Positions 13,284-24,425 of a stretch of 64,000 nt of DNA are shown in pieces. The position numbers and the translations under genes were made by a program. The first letter of the stretch is position 1; each line of letters begins with the position of its first letter. The notes beneath the pieces were generated by a model that worked only from the letters and a program-made list of their open reading frames with translations, had not been told where the DNA came from and searched no databases. Source of the stretch: Octopus vulgaris (lineage: Eukaryota); NCBI GenBank assembly GCA_951406725.2, contig OX597816.1, positions 85,560,001-85,624,000 of the forward strand, written 5' to 3'.

Positions 13284-13326
13284 GTCCGGAAATCTTTCGT
13301 CACACCTCTGTGAACTCTTCAGCGAC
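13284..13326 (-). ncRNA. Minimal type-I hammerhead ribozyme candidate
   Basis: Minus strand: GTCG CTGAAGA GTTCAC-AGAG-GTGTGAC GAAA GATT TC CGGAC. The core is intact and stems I and III are short. Confidence 0.55.
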
Positions 13327-13548
13327 ACTTTCTGTCTTCGTGTGTACTCTTGCTCCGCTTTTATACATATACACACATACGCGAGTAAATATACGGGTAT
13401 ATTGTGGTATGCTATATAAAGCTCGTATAAAGTCTTATTCAAAGAAGGTGCATTTCACACCTTGAATTGGTGATAATGATTACACAACATCTCACCAATG
13501 AACAAGTGTAAAAATGTGTCGAAACAATTGTAATGTTTATAGATAATG

Positions 13549-13591
<43 letters not shown>

Positions 13592-13701
13592 GTGAAATAG
13601 AAAGATGAATAATCTTGTAGTAGATTAATCAAAAGTTTAACCGATACCTTCGTAGCAAAAATCACAGCAGTAAACAGCACGTTACCATTGGTTTCACACT
13701 T

Positions 13702-13747
<46 letters not shown>

Positions 13748-14124
13748 TGTGTGTATGTATATACTTACATATATAAGTATATACATATGCATATATGGGT
13801 ACAGGACATCACAGAAAGTAAACAACAGGAAATACGAAATACGAAAATATGGAATACGAACTTTTTTGCGAACAGCGAAAGAAACAATATAATCGATAAT
13901 GCCCGAAATTGCGTTTGACTCCTCTTGCTGATAACTGATGAAGAATTTGTGACCTTGTGTGTTTTCTGTTCGCCTGTGCATTTAGTATGTGTTCGTTTGT
14001 TTATTTACAATACGTTTATTTTTAATTATATATATATAGATATTTCATATTTTCCGTTTGTTGTCTTTTTATTTATTCCTGAAGATATTATTTATGTAAC
14101 GCACGCACTCATTAATCTTTTACC

Positions 14125-14155
<31 letters not shown>

Positions 14156-14370
14156 ATGTGTTCGTGTGTGTGTATGTGAGTGTGCGCGCGCGCGCGCGTG
14201 TGTGTGTAGTTCAAATTTACAGAAAACAAACGACGAAGACAGGTGAAAGAACAACAAGCAGAGTTTGAAGGTTTTTTAGTTATGGAAATCGACCCCAGGA
14301 CTTACTCTTTGGAACCCTAGCACTTATTCTATCGGTTTCTTTTTCCAAAACGCTAAGCTACGGGGACGTG

Positions 14371-14438
<68 letters not shown>

Positions 14439-14440
<2 letters not shown>

Positions 14441-14670
14441 CGTAGGAGTGACTGTGTGACAAGAAGTTTGCTGCCTGGTCACTAGGTCAAATAGATTTGG
14501 ACGATGGAAACTGAAAAAAGCCCGTCGTATATACGTGTTTGTGGGCCGGAGGGGGCTAGGTTCGTGCTTGTCCCAGACAACCGCTTGTTGACTTCCTTTC
14601 CATCCCCGCAACTTAGAAGTTCGACGAAATTAACCGATAGAATATGTCGAATGACTGAGACAAGTAAATG
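14439..14670 (+). mobile_element. Internally deleted tRNA-derived SINE
   Basis: GGCGTAGGAGTGACTGTGTG...GATGGAAACTGAAAAAAGCCCGTCGTATA...GAATGACTGAGACAAGTAAA. Confidence 0.7.
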
Positions 14671-14884
14671 TTTTTTTAGATATATCGTAGTAATATCTAA
14701 TGTAGTTGTGGTTTACGATCAGTCAGGACGTTACCATTGGTTTCACACTTTTTATACTCTTAGCTATATAGACGTCTCCCACTGCTAAGAACGTAAAAGG
14801 CGCGAAAGCAATGGTGACTCCCTGACAGGCCATATCAGCCACATAGTTTCGGGTTCATTCACACTGCGTGGCACCTTAGGACCT

Positions 14885-15045
14885 AGGGTTGGATTCAAAA
14901 TTCTACCAGGACACCTGATGAAGGCTGGAGAGTAAATCAGCCGAAATTTTGTGGTAGCAACAAACAAGATGAGGACAAATATCCGTCCAATGTAAAAAAT
15001 GTAAATATTGTACAGAATTCCTCATCTCTAAAATATAGAAAAATT
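14885..15045 (+). mobile_element. Penelope-type pseudo-LTR fragment with a hammerhead-like motif at 14912-14953
   Basis: CAC CTGATGA A GGCTG-GAGAGTAAAT-CAGCC GAAA TTTT GTG. Confidence 0.55.
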
Positions 15046-15546
15046 TATGATTGTTTCAAAAATTCCATGTTAACTTAATCTTGCATTGTGATTTTAAACG
15101 ACTCCACAATTAATGATGTAGTCATATCCGTTGTACAGATACCCCGTTCATAGAAATGATCCCTCGCAACTCTCTACAAAAAATAATATGCTGAAGTGTT
15201 TGTCTACCGCTAAAATATAGGACATTAATCAATGTTTATAGTGGACGGCAGAGCGGTCACGTTTATAAACAAGATTGAAGATAAGTCAAAATGAATTTGT
15301 AGAAATAATTGTAAACTATGAAACAAAAATAATAACGCAAACTCCACTTTTCAGTGCTTATTACTTCTGTAACCTCTCAGAGGAAACATAACTCCTCCTT
15401 CACTCCTCTCCACCCTTCATTTATAGTTTGAGAATAATTCTATAATTGTTGTAAACTGGAATGGAACTTACTCTCTTTCTGCTCACATCCATTCACCATT
15501 TAATGCTACTTGCTTTGCATCTTTTAGAGAGATAGATTAGATATAA

Positions 15547-15940
15547 CTAGCAGTATCGCCCGGCGTTGCTCGGGTTTGTAAGGGAAATAACTATATAAGC
15601 ATTTTTAGAGAGTTATAGCCAAAAAATAGCCAAAAAAATGCATTAAAAATGGAAAAAAATGATGGTAATTTTTTTTAAATCGTTGACTCATCGTAGACAT
15701 TTTTAGAGAGTTACTTCCCTTATATAATAGCAAAAAATGCATTAAAATGGAAAAAAATGATGGTAAATTTTTTTTAAATCGTAGACTCATCGTAGACGCG
15801 CGCTAATACCCAGAAGGGCTCGATATGAATCACGACTATAAGATACCCGGTTTTGGTTAAACTGCACCGCAAAATGTGGGAGTAGTTAGGAATCTAAATC
15901 GTAGGAGACAGACACACAACCTCTCTTTTATATATAAAGA
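15547..15940 (-). mobile_element. Non-autonomous Helitron-like element, copy 2, with an internal ~98-bp tandem duplication
   Basis: Same A|TC...hairpin...CTAG|T termini as 11554-11948. The segment 15600-15697 is duplicated at 15698-15797. Confidence 0.85.
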
Positions 15941-15989
15941 TAAACTCAAAGAGCAACTAGAAAGTGAAAGTAGTATCTAACTTAGGATG

Positions 15990-16410
15990 TCTCATAGATA
16001 GTGGTGGCAATGGTGTTGGAGGTGGTAGATGTGGTTATCATGGCAGTGGTGGTGGTGGTGTAGTGGTGACAGTGGATGTGTATGATGGCAGCAATTATAG
16101 TGTTGGTGTTTTTGTAGAGGTGGTGGTGGTGGCGGCGGCAGTGGATGATAATGATAATGATGATGATAGTAGTAGTAGCATTGATTATGTTAGGATATCT
16201 CATGGATGGTAGTGTTGAAGACATTGCAGAGTGTAGTGGTGATGAAATTGGTGATTTTGAATATGATGCTGGTATTGTTCTTGGGGTTGTGGTTGCAGAA
16301 GATGGTTGTGGTGGTGGCATTGGAGGTTGTAGTAATGGTTGTAGTGGTGGTTGTGAAGCTGATTCTAATATTGATAGTCTTTGCATTGAGGTGGTGGCAG
16401 AGTCAGAGTA
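15990..16410 (-). repeat. GGT/GAT-rich low-complexity repeat containing the inverted copy of 4861-5056
   Basis: Direct sequence comparison. Confidence 0.8.
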
Positions 16411-16849
16411 AATAATAAGAGCCCAGTTAACACAAGATTCTTAAATTTCGGAGATCATAAGATAGAGAGCAAGAAGTTAAAAGTTCCAATACTGGCCCAA
16501 TACCTACACCCCAGATTCTTCAACTATTTTATAAGAAAGGGGTTAATGGCAGGATAGGGATTCAGCTTTAAAATAAATTGTATAACAAAAAATACATAAA
16601 TAAATTACTGCTCCAACGATGTAATTTTAGTATGTGTGTATGTATGTATGTGTGTGTGTGTATGTGTAAGCAATGCAAACAATGGAAAATAATTTAAACA
16701 CTCATTTTCTGATGTCTAAGGATGGATATTTATGCGTATGAATCTTTTTCTTTTTATTTTCTTTCAAATATAATTCTAGGGAAGTGAAAAAGCTGTGTAC
16801 GATGCCAAGCGAATTTAGCTATTTACGATGAGCGGATGTTTACGTTACA

Positions 16850-17132
16850 AACGAATCTGTAGGTCTGTTTACATGTTTACGTTAACTACGTCACAAAATA
16901 GCTGTTTACGTCACAGTAACAATATTTTGAGAGGCAGTAAATAATATGAGGTCGAAATAAAGAATACCATTGGTTAAAATTCGAATTATTAAACAACGTT
17001 AAACTTAGAAATTACAGTTCCGTTTTCATTTTGGTTTACAATTATGTTTTCTTTTGACACATTCTACCAGTATACGAAGTATCAAATTGTTTAGTTAACT
17101 AGGAAAATCTGGCCTTCACACTGAAAAGATCC
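16850..17132 (-). mobile_element. Long terminal inverted repeat (right), matching 4267-4560
   Basis: Ends GAAAAGATCC and is followed by GACACACAC. Confidence 0.7.
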
Positions 17133-17133
17133 G

Positions 17134-17172
<39 letters not shown>

Positions 17173-17452
17173 GGAAATTAGTTAGTTAAACTTCTTAGTT
17201 TCTTTTACACTAATAATTCATTCTGCTAATCCCAAACCTTTTATAATATAATATAATATAATTGTATGGTTTCATTAGAAAATAACTCCTTTTTTCTTTT
17301 TTTTCTTTTCTTTTCTTCTGACCTCTCATTGTAACCTGACAATCTATTAATAGTAACATTAATAAATAAAGAAATAAATTAAATGACCCCGTTTCGAATT
17401 TTGCACCAAATAAGCTTAGATGTTTTCTTATAGTAACAACTTGTATCCCTCC

Positions 17453-17741
17453 CTTCACATAGCTTGATTAACAATTTACTATGAACTATATATGGACAAG
17501 CACATATTCTGTAAGTTCAAGACCTTTCATCGGATCTCCAGGAATCGAACTTTCTTCAATGCAGTTAAACTTACACCCTCATTTGTATCTACCCCTTTTG
17601 ATGTTTGGGAATCTCTGATGTTTTTTCGGCTGATGAGTACGAGCCACCTATATTTACTGCAATTTTTGTAGCTTATTAAAGATGTCCTCGTACGAAACAA
17701 TTGTACCGATATTTTGATCCATTCTTGTTGCTTTTTTCCTA
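17453..17741 (+). mobile_element. Penelope/retrozyme-type pseudo-LTR carrying a hammerhead ribozyme
   Basis: Homologous to both arms of 21169-21893. It ends at a (TA)n run. Confidence 0.75.
17626..17709 (+). ncRNA. Type-I hammerhead ribozyme
   Basis: Stem I TCGG/CCGA, core CTGATGA, stem II GTACGAG/CTCGTAC, GAAAC, palindromic stem III AC-AATT-GT, cleavage triplet GTA (17703-17705). Confidence 0.85.
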
Positions 17742-17751
17742 TATATATATA

Positions 17752-19039
17752 CGAGGGACGTTCAATAAGTAATGCCTCTGACCCACTTGCAGTTGTTTGA
17801 TCTAGCTGGAATTTTGCATGTGCAATTATTTATATCTCTATAGAGTAAGTGGCAAATTACAGCTCTGAATTAATTGTGGTTTCTGATTTACAGGTGTTTG
17901 AACCGAGTCAAGTGTGAAATGGAGCCTGTTGAGTGTCGAGCAGTGATCTGGTTTTTGTATTTGAAAGGACGCACACCACGGGAGACTTTTGATGAAATGA
18001 AAGTAACTTATGGTGATGATGCCCCATCATATGACCTTGTAAAACGCTGCATCGTGAATTCAAACATGGTCGGAACTCTGTGGAAACAGCTCCCAGATCT
18101 GGTCGCCCCTTCTGCCATTGATGAGGCATCTGTCCGTCAAGTTGAAGCTGCCATTTTGGAAGATCGACGCATAATTATTCGCCAAATAGCCCATGAGGTC
18201 AAGATTAGTACCGGGTCTGTGGAAACTATAATTCCTGACCATTTGCATATGCAAAAGGTGCTTGCCAGATGGATTCCCAGGTTGCTCACGTCTTTCCAGA
18301 AGCAAGAACGCGTCGAGTGCTCGAGGGTGAATTTGGAGATGTGCCAAGAAGATGAGTCAAACTTTTTCAAAAGACTGATTACAGAGGATGAAACCTGGGT
18401 CCATCACGATGATCTAGAGACCAAATCCCAGTCAATGCAGTGGAAGCACCGTAACTCACCCCCTCCAAAGAAGGCAAGGGTGCAGCCCTCCGCTGGCAAG
18501 ATCATGCTCACAGTCTTCTGGGACCAGGACAGAGTAGTGATGACAGATTTCCTGGCAAAGGATACCCCAATTACAGGAGCCTATTATGCTTCACTTTTGA
18601 AGAAATTAAGAGATGTTATCAAAATCAAGAGGCGGGGCAAGATCAGCAAAGTCATCCTCCTCCTGCAGGACAACGCTCCGGTCCAGAACTCGCTTGTCGC
18701 CAGTCAGAGGCACAGGCATATGGCTATTAACCCCTCCCCATCCCCCCTACTTTCCTGACCTTGCACCCTCTGATTTTCACCTCTTCCCAATCATGAAGTT
18801 GTTTTTGAAAGGAAAGCGTTTCCCAGATGATGCAGCCTTGATTTCTGAAGTCACGTTGAGGTTGGAGGACCAAGCTGGGTTCTTCTACAAAAACGGTCTC
18901 CAGAGCCGCATCAAACGATGGGAGAAATGCATAACTCTGAGTGGTTCCTATGTAAAAAAAGACTAATAACTGTGCCAAGTTTCGTTGCTCTACTGCTATG
19001 GGAAGTGGGTCAGGGGCATTACTTATTGAACGCCCCTCG
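17752..19039 (+). mobile_element. Full-length mariner transposon (DD34D), 1288 bp, transposase frameshifted
   Basis: TIRs CGAGGGACGTTCAATAAGTAATGCC / GGCATTACTTATTGAACGCCCCTCG with TA on both sides. Motifs WIPRLL, TEDETW, QDNAP and PPYFPDLAPSDFHLF. Confidence 0.95.
17919..18966 (+). pseudogene. Mariner transposase pseudogene
   Basis: Starts MEPVECRAVI. The C-terminal YFPDLAPSD motif is in a different frame (ORF 18613-18966). Confidence 0.9.
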
Positions 19040-19059
19040 TATATATATATATATATATA

Positions 19060-20883
19060 TATTAGTAGTAATGGTAAGACAACAAAACAGTGAAAGAGAC
19101 CTCCATTTTATGTAAATACAGGAATTTATTTGCAATATAACATATGAAAATTATTCGGTTGCCATAATAAAATACCGACTTACGGATTTCGGGGTGGAAA
19201 CTTGCACCGGCATCTCTTCAGTTATCGAGGCAATTAAAATATACTATGAAAATGACCATTAAACAAAGGGAAATTACTATGTAAATGACCGTTATTAAGA
19301 CAAAAGAGCTATTTGAATGACCGTTAAATAGGTGAAAATACCGAAGGAGAGGAAATAAAGAGAAAAGGAGTATACAAGCTCATAACAATCGTGTATGCAA
19401 TACACATGCGCGCGCGCACACCCACGTACATGTGCCTATATGCATATGCTCACCCAGACTCGCATGAAACACACATACACATGCGCACCCACACATACGC
19501 CAGATAGATGTACATATATATATATATACAACTGTGTATGTATACGTATACAAGTCCACACACACACGTGTACATAACCACACGCGCACACTTATATTCA
19601 AATACTCGTCTAAAAATACGCACTTGCTATATACTCGCTCAAACACGCGTGGAGCACATGCATGTACAGCCACACATACATGCAACCATACCCATGTACA
19701 TATATACATACCCGCACACACGTAAAGTGTACACATATGTATATCAGCACACACGCGCGCGCACACACACACACGTGCACGTACCCATACGTGCACATTT
19801 ATATTCAAATGCACGTCTAAAATACATATATGTCATATATGTGTATGCTCACTAACACTCGCGTAGACTCTTACGTATATATGTAACCATACCCATGAAC
19901 ATATATATATATATATATACATAACCGCACACGCACACACGCACACAAAATTTCATATGCACGTCTATATACGCACATGCACAAGAAAAATGCAGAGTGG
20001 AGTGGAAAATACAAGAAACAGAGTGTAAAAATATATTAATAAAAATATAAAAGTATATCTCTATAAATATGTAAAAAGATATGTAAAAAATATATAAGAA
20101 ATATATATAAAAAGTATAGAGATTAAAAGCTTGTACGTGGAGATAAAATAAAATGGAAGTTCTCTCTGTGATCTTGGAAGGGGGGGGACCAAAAACGTAA
20201 CAAATATTTAGCCACATATGGACATGATCCAAAAATTTCAGTTTTTGAATTAAGATATGTAGTGGTGTCTGTGCTGCTTTTCCAGATGAGCTAGCTTCCT
20301 ATATCACAAAGACCGCACATTTCACTGCCGGTAGTGTAAGGCTTACTCTTGGCTTTATCTTTTAAGAAACATATGTGACTGGATAATTTGGTCATTTTCC
20401 TTTTATCCCAGTGCCTGAAGCTCGAGGTGTGATTGTTGAACCTGGCCTTGAAATTCCCCTCTGTAAGGCCCACATATTTCTTTGTAGAAACTGTGCCCGT
20501 AGTGGTTGTAGAGTATACGGTGGCTTCATAAATCATGGTCTCGGACATGCAAACTCCATTCAGAGGCCACAAATTTTTATCCCTGCATAAATAGCTGTTT
20601 TCATTTTGTAGTTTTTGTGTGATATGTGCCATTATATTTTTAAAATTAGTAGTTGAGCTAAAACTGATTTTTAAGTTATGTCTCTTCAAGAGCTTTCAGT
20701 AACTATGGTTGACTGGATAATGCTATATTAAAGGTCACTTCGGGGGAGTAAGGGGTGTTGAACCAGATAGTTTTCCCATTCCTATGTTTCCTTTTCTTTA
20801 TTATTGGACTGGTGACAAGTATATAGGTTATTTCCTCGCGAAAACCACTATCTTTTAGAGCTTTATTATGCACCTCTCTCACT
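19060..20883 (-). mobile_element. Penelope-like element 3' fragment: GIY-YIG endonuclease, microsatellite-rich 3'UTR and pseudo-LTR
   Basis: IWFNTPYS, CPLNG-like WPLNGVC, IYEATV, KKYVGLTEGNFKARFNNH, TKLSSHI, CGLC and YLNSKTEI lie at 20170-20883. A degenerate hammerhead (CTGAAGA...GAAA..TA) lies at 19175-19227. Confidence 0.82.
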
Positions 20884-20884
20884 T

Positions 20885-20919
<35 letters not shown>

Positions 20920-21075
20920 GTGTGCAGTAAGCATCTTGCTTCCGAAACACATGGTGCCGGGTTCAGTGCCACAGCGTGATACCTTGGACAAGTGTCTTCC
21001 ACTATAACCTCTTGGACGGATTAAAGCCTTATTAGTGGTTTTAGTAGATGGAAACTGAAAAAAACCCTTCGTATT
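20920..21075 (+). mobile_element. tRNA-derived SINE 5' half
   Basis: CACATGGTGCCGGGTTCAGTGCCAC...GGACAAGTGTCTTCCACTATA...GATGGAAACTGAAAAAAACCCTTCGTAT. Confidence 0.75.
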
Positions 21076-21206
21076 ATATACATATTTATATACAGACATA
21101 CATACATACATGCATACATACACACACATACTCATATATATATATATACATACATATCTATATATATATACAAATAGGAAAAAAGCAACAAGAATGGATT
21201 AAAATC

Positions 21207-21290
21207 TCGGTACGATCGTTTCGTACGAGGACATCTTTAATAAGCTACAAAAAATGCAGTGAATACAGATGGCTCGTACTCGTCAGCCGA
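21207..21290 (-). ncRNA. Type-I hammerhead ribozyme
   Basis: Reverse complement of the motif at 21773-21856. Confidence 0.85.
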
Positions 21291-21772
21291 AAAAACATCA
21301 GAGAATTCCCAAACATCAAAAGGGGTAGATACAAAAGAGGTTGTAAGATTAACTGCATTGAAGAAAGCTCGGTTCATAGAGATCCGATGAAAGGTTTTAA
21401 ACTTACAGAATTTGTGCATGTCTACATATAGCTCATATTGAATTTCTAATCAAGTTGTGTGAAGAAATTTTCTGAAAATCCGAGTAAGAAGCAAAGTGAC
21501 TGTCATATCATGTAGAGGAAAGTCTGAGTAAAAGCAAAGTGAATGTCATATCGTGTAAAGGAACAGATTGTTATTGAAATTTACAAGAATCGCAGATAAG
21601 TTCGATTCTTGGATTAGAAATTCAATATGAGCTATATGTAGACATGCACAAATTCTGTAAGTTTAAAACCTTTCATCGGATCTCCATGAACCGAACTTTC
21701 TTCAATGCAGTTAATCTTACAACCTCTTTTGTATCTACCCCTTTTGATGTTTGGGAATTCTCTGATGTTTTT

Positions 21773-21856
21773 TCGGCTGACGAGTACGAGCCATCTGTAT
21801 TCACTGCATTTTTTGTAGCTTATTAAAGATATCCTCGTACGAAACGATCGTACCGA
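21773..21856 (+). ncRNA. Type-I hammerhead ribozyme
   Basis: TCGG CTGACGA GTACGAG...CTCGTAC GAAAC GATC GTA CCGA. Confidence 0.87.
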
Positions 21857-22080
21857 GATTTTAATCCATTCTTGTTGCTTTTTCCTATTTGTAATCACCC
21901 CACTTGTCGTATGGTTAACACCATATAGATTTCCGGTGCATCCTAGTTAAGGACCATATTCATGTGAATTCTTTAGAATTCACTTGAATCTCAATTACTT
22001 AACTATATATATATATATATATACATATATATATACATATATATACATATATATATACATATATATACATATATATATAC

Positions 22081-22125
<45 letters not shown>

Positions 22126-22208
22126 AACATATATATACATATATATATATATACATATATATATACATATATATATACACATATATATATACATATATGT
22201 ATATATAC

Positions 22209-22255
<47 letters not shown>

Positions 22256-22256
<1 letters not shown>

Positions 22257-22620
22257 CGGGAAGCTTTATGAAAATAGACAAAAGACGAAGGCAGGTGGAA
22301 AACAAACGAACAATTGTATTAGTATGGCGCTCAGGAAATATAAATAAAACAAGTCTTTAACGTTTCGAGCCTACGCTCTTCAACAGAAAGATACACAGAG
22401 AGAAAAAAAACACAGAAAGAAGGAGAGAAAAAAATGCGTGCAGTAGCTAACGAATCAACATGGCGATCTGATTACGGCCAGAGGTCAAAGATCAAACATG
22501 AGACGCAAGAGCGAAATAAGGGGAGATAATAGGGTTGATAATAGGGTTGATAATATGGTTGAAGGACCAGCTAATAGTGCGTAGGAGGGGTCTGGACGTG
22601 TGTATGTATAGGGTTGGTGT
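22256..22620 (-). mobile_element. Penelope-type pseudo-LTR fragment with a variant hammerhead at 22354-22391
   Basis: Minus strand: TCTTT CTGTTGA A GAGC-GTAG-GCTC GAAAC GTT AAAGA. It shares GGCGCTCAGGAAAT with 28140-28380. Confidence 0.6.
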
Positions 22621-22734
22621 ATGTATTAGTATGTATAAGGGTGGGTGTGTGTGTGTGTGTGTGTATGAGAGAGTATTAGTGCGTAGGATTGGTCTGGCCG
22701 TGCGTATGTATGGGTATATATATATATGTATAGG

Positions 22735-22940
22735 TTTGTGTGTCTGTGTTTGTCACTTCATAATCACTTCACAAACGATGTTGGTGTGTTTTCCTCCCTG
22801 TAACTAGTGGGTCAGCATATGAGACCTATAGAATAAGTACTAGGCTTAAAAAGTATAAGCGTTGATGTAGATTTGATCGACTAAATGCATTGCTCCAGCA
22901 TGGCTGCAGTGAAATGACTGAAACATGTAAAAAAATAAAA
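22735..22940 (+). mobile_element. SINE 3' half
   Basis: ATAGAATAAGTACTAGGCTT...TGCTCCAGCATGGCTGCAGTGAAATGACTGAAACATGTAAAA. Confidence 0.75.
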
Positions 22941-22978
22941 TAATAAAATATTATAAATAAATCTATATGTATACATAT

Positions 22979-23038
<60 letters not shown>

Positions 23039-24071
23039 TTACGTACATACATACAAACATACATACAGACATACAGACATACATACATACATGTACTGCT
23101 GTACATATATAATCAGATATCGTGTATGTGTATGTAGATATATGTATTTGATTTAACTATATGTATATATATATTGTCTTCTCTTTCTCTCTCTCTCTCT
23201 CTCCTCCTCTCTCTCTCCATCTCTATATCCCTCTCTCTCTATATCTCTCTCTCTACACACACAGGCAGCTATATTGCTCTAATTACCTTCGTTACTATCA
23301 CCCAATATATTTATCAGCCACTGCTATTCTTCTTTGTTCTAAGCTTTCAGGTTTCCGCTTTCTGAACAAAGGAATCACATACATTCATACTGCACATACA
23401 AATATCTAAAATCGCACACATACATAGGTGTGTGCGTGTGTATGCTTTTTGTTTGTGTGTGTGTTTCTTCTCTGTGTGCTTGTGCGTATGTGTGTATATG
23501 CGCGCGCATATTAATTCCTATATCAATATACAAGATTTATCTGTGATTAAGATCTCTTTGGTATTTCGCCTGGAGTCACAATTAAAAATTCAAAAACTAT
23601 GATTTGTTGTGAGACAAAGTGGTTAAGTGGCATAGGCCTAACAGTAAAAAGTCAGTAGAAGACAGTGTGCGATTGTCTAGGTATATACCACCCTAAATCA
23701 TAGCAACAACAAAAATCAAGATAGAAAATGATGATAAGTTAAATATCCTGCTTTGTGACTCATTCGTTATAGCATATAAAACGTGATTAACTGTTTGATA
23801 AACATATGAAATAAGCTGTTCTCGTTTACATTAGATTTTATTTATTAATTTACTTATTTATTTATTTTGAAAGATAGAGGTTCTTTGTGGAGCAATATTC
23901 ATATTCCTGAAACTGTGAGACTGCGAATACGTTCTCAGTATCCATTTGATTTTAACTCATCTGTTTTGTAAATCTGAAGAATTTCCGGATGTCCTCATAT
24001 TTTACATCGCAGTTTCTGTCGTTGGTAAAGTTTGGCAATTTTTTTTTTCTGTTCATAATTAGACTAACAGT

Positions 24072-24425
24072 CGCAGCCATAGTTGTATTATAAGACGTTT
24101 GCCTTTCGACCACATGGTTCCAGGTTCAATTCAATTCTAATCTCGCCCGCGGAGGACCAACATCTTATGAGTAGATAAGGTAGAAAGAAACTGAAAGAAG
24201 ACCGTTGTACATATCTATCTACGTGTCTTCGTGTTTATATTTATCCCCCGCCACATCGTGACAACCAGTGTTCGTTTGTTTCGTAACCTAGCAATTCGGC
24301 TAAAGACACTGACAGAATAAGTGTCAGGCTTAAAAAATAAGTAGCGTGGTCGATTTGGTCAGTTAAGCACTTCAAGGTAGTGCTCCAGGATGGCGACAGC
24401 CCAATGATTGAAACAACTAAGAGGT
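24072..24425 (+). mobile_element. Diverged near-full-length tRNA-derived SINE
   Basis: CCACATGGTTCCAGGTTCAATTC ... GAAACTGAAAGAAG ... TGCTCCAGGATGGCGACAGCCCAATGATTGAAAC. Confidence 0.65.

Larger units (their letters stand above)
21169..21893. mobile_element. Inverted pair of ~280-bp Penelope-type pseudo-LTRs, each carrying a hammerhead
   Basis: Arms 21169-21451 and 21612-21893 are near-perfect reverse complements. The 160-bp spacer contains a ~43-bp tandem duplication. Confidence 0.88.

Noticed and set aside
21048-21898. Duplicated ORFs (…QQEWIKISVRSFRTR…) on opposite strands
   Set aside because: They are a by-product of the inverted repeat. The conserved signal is the ribozyme, not a protein.
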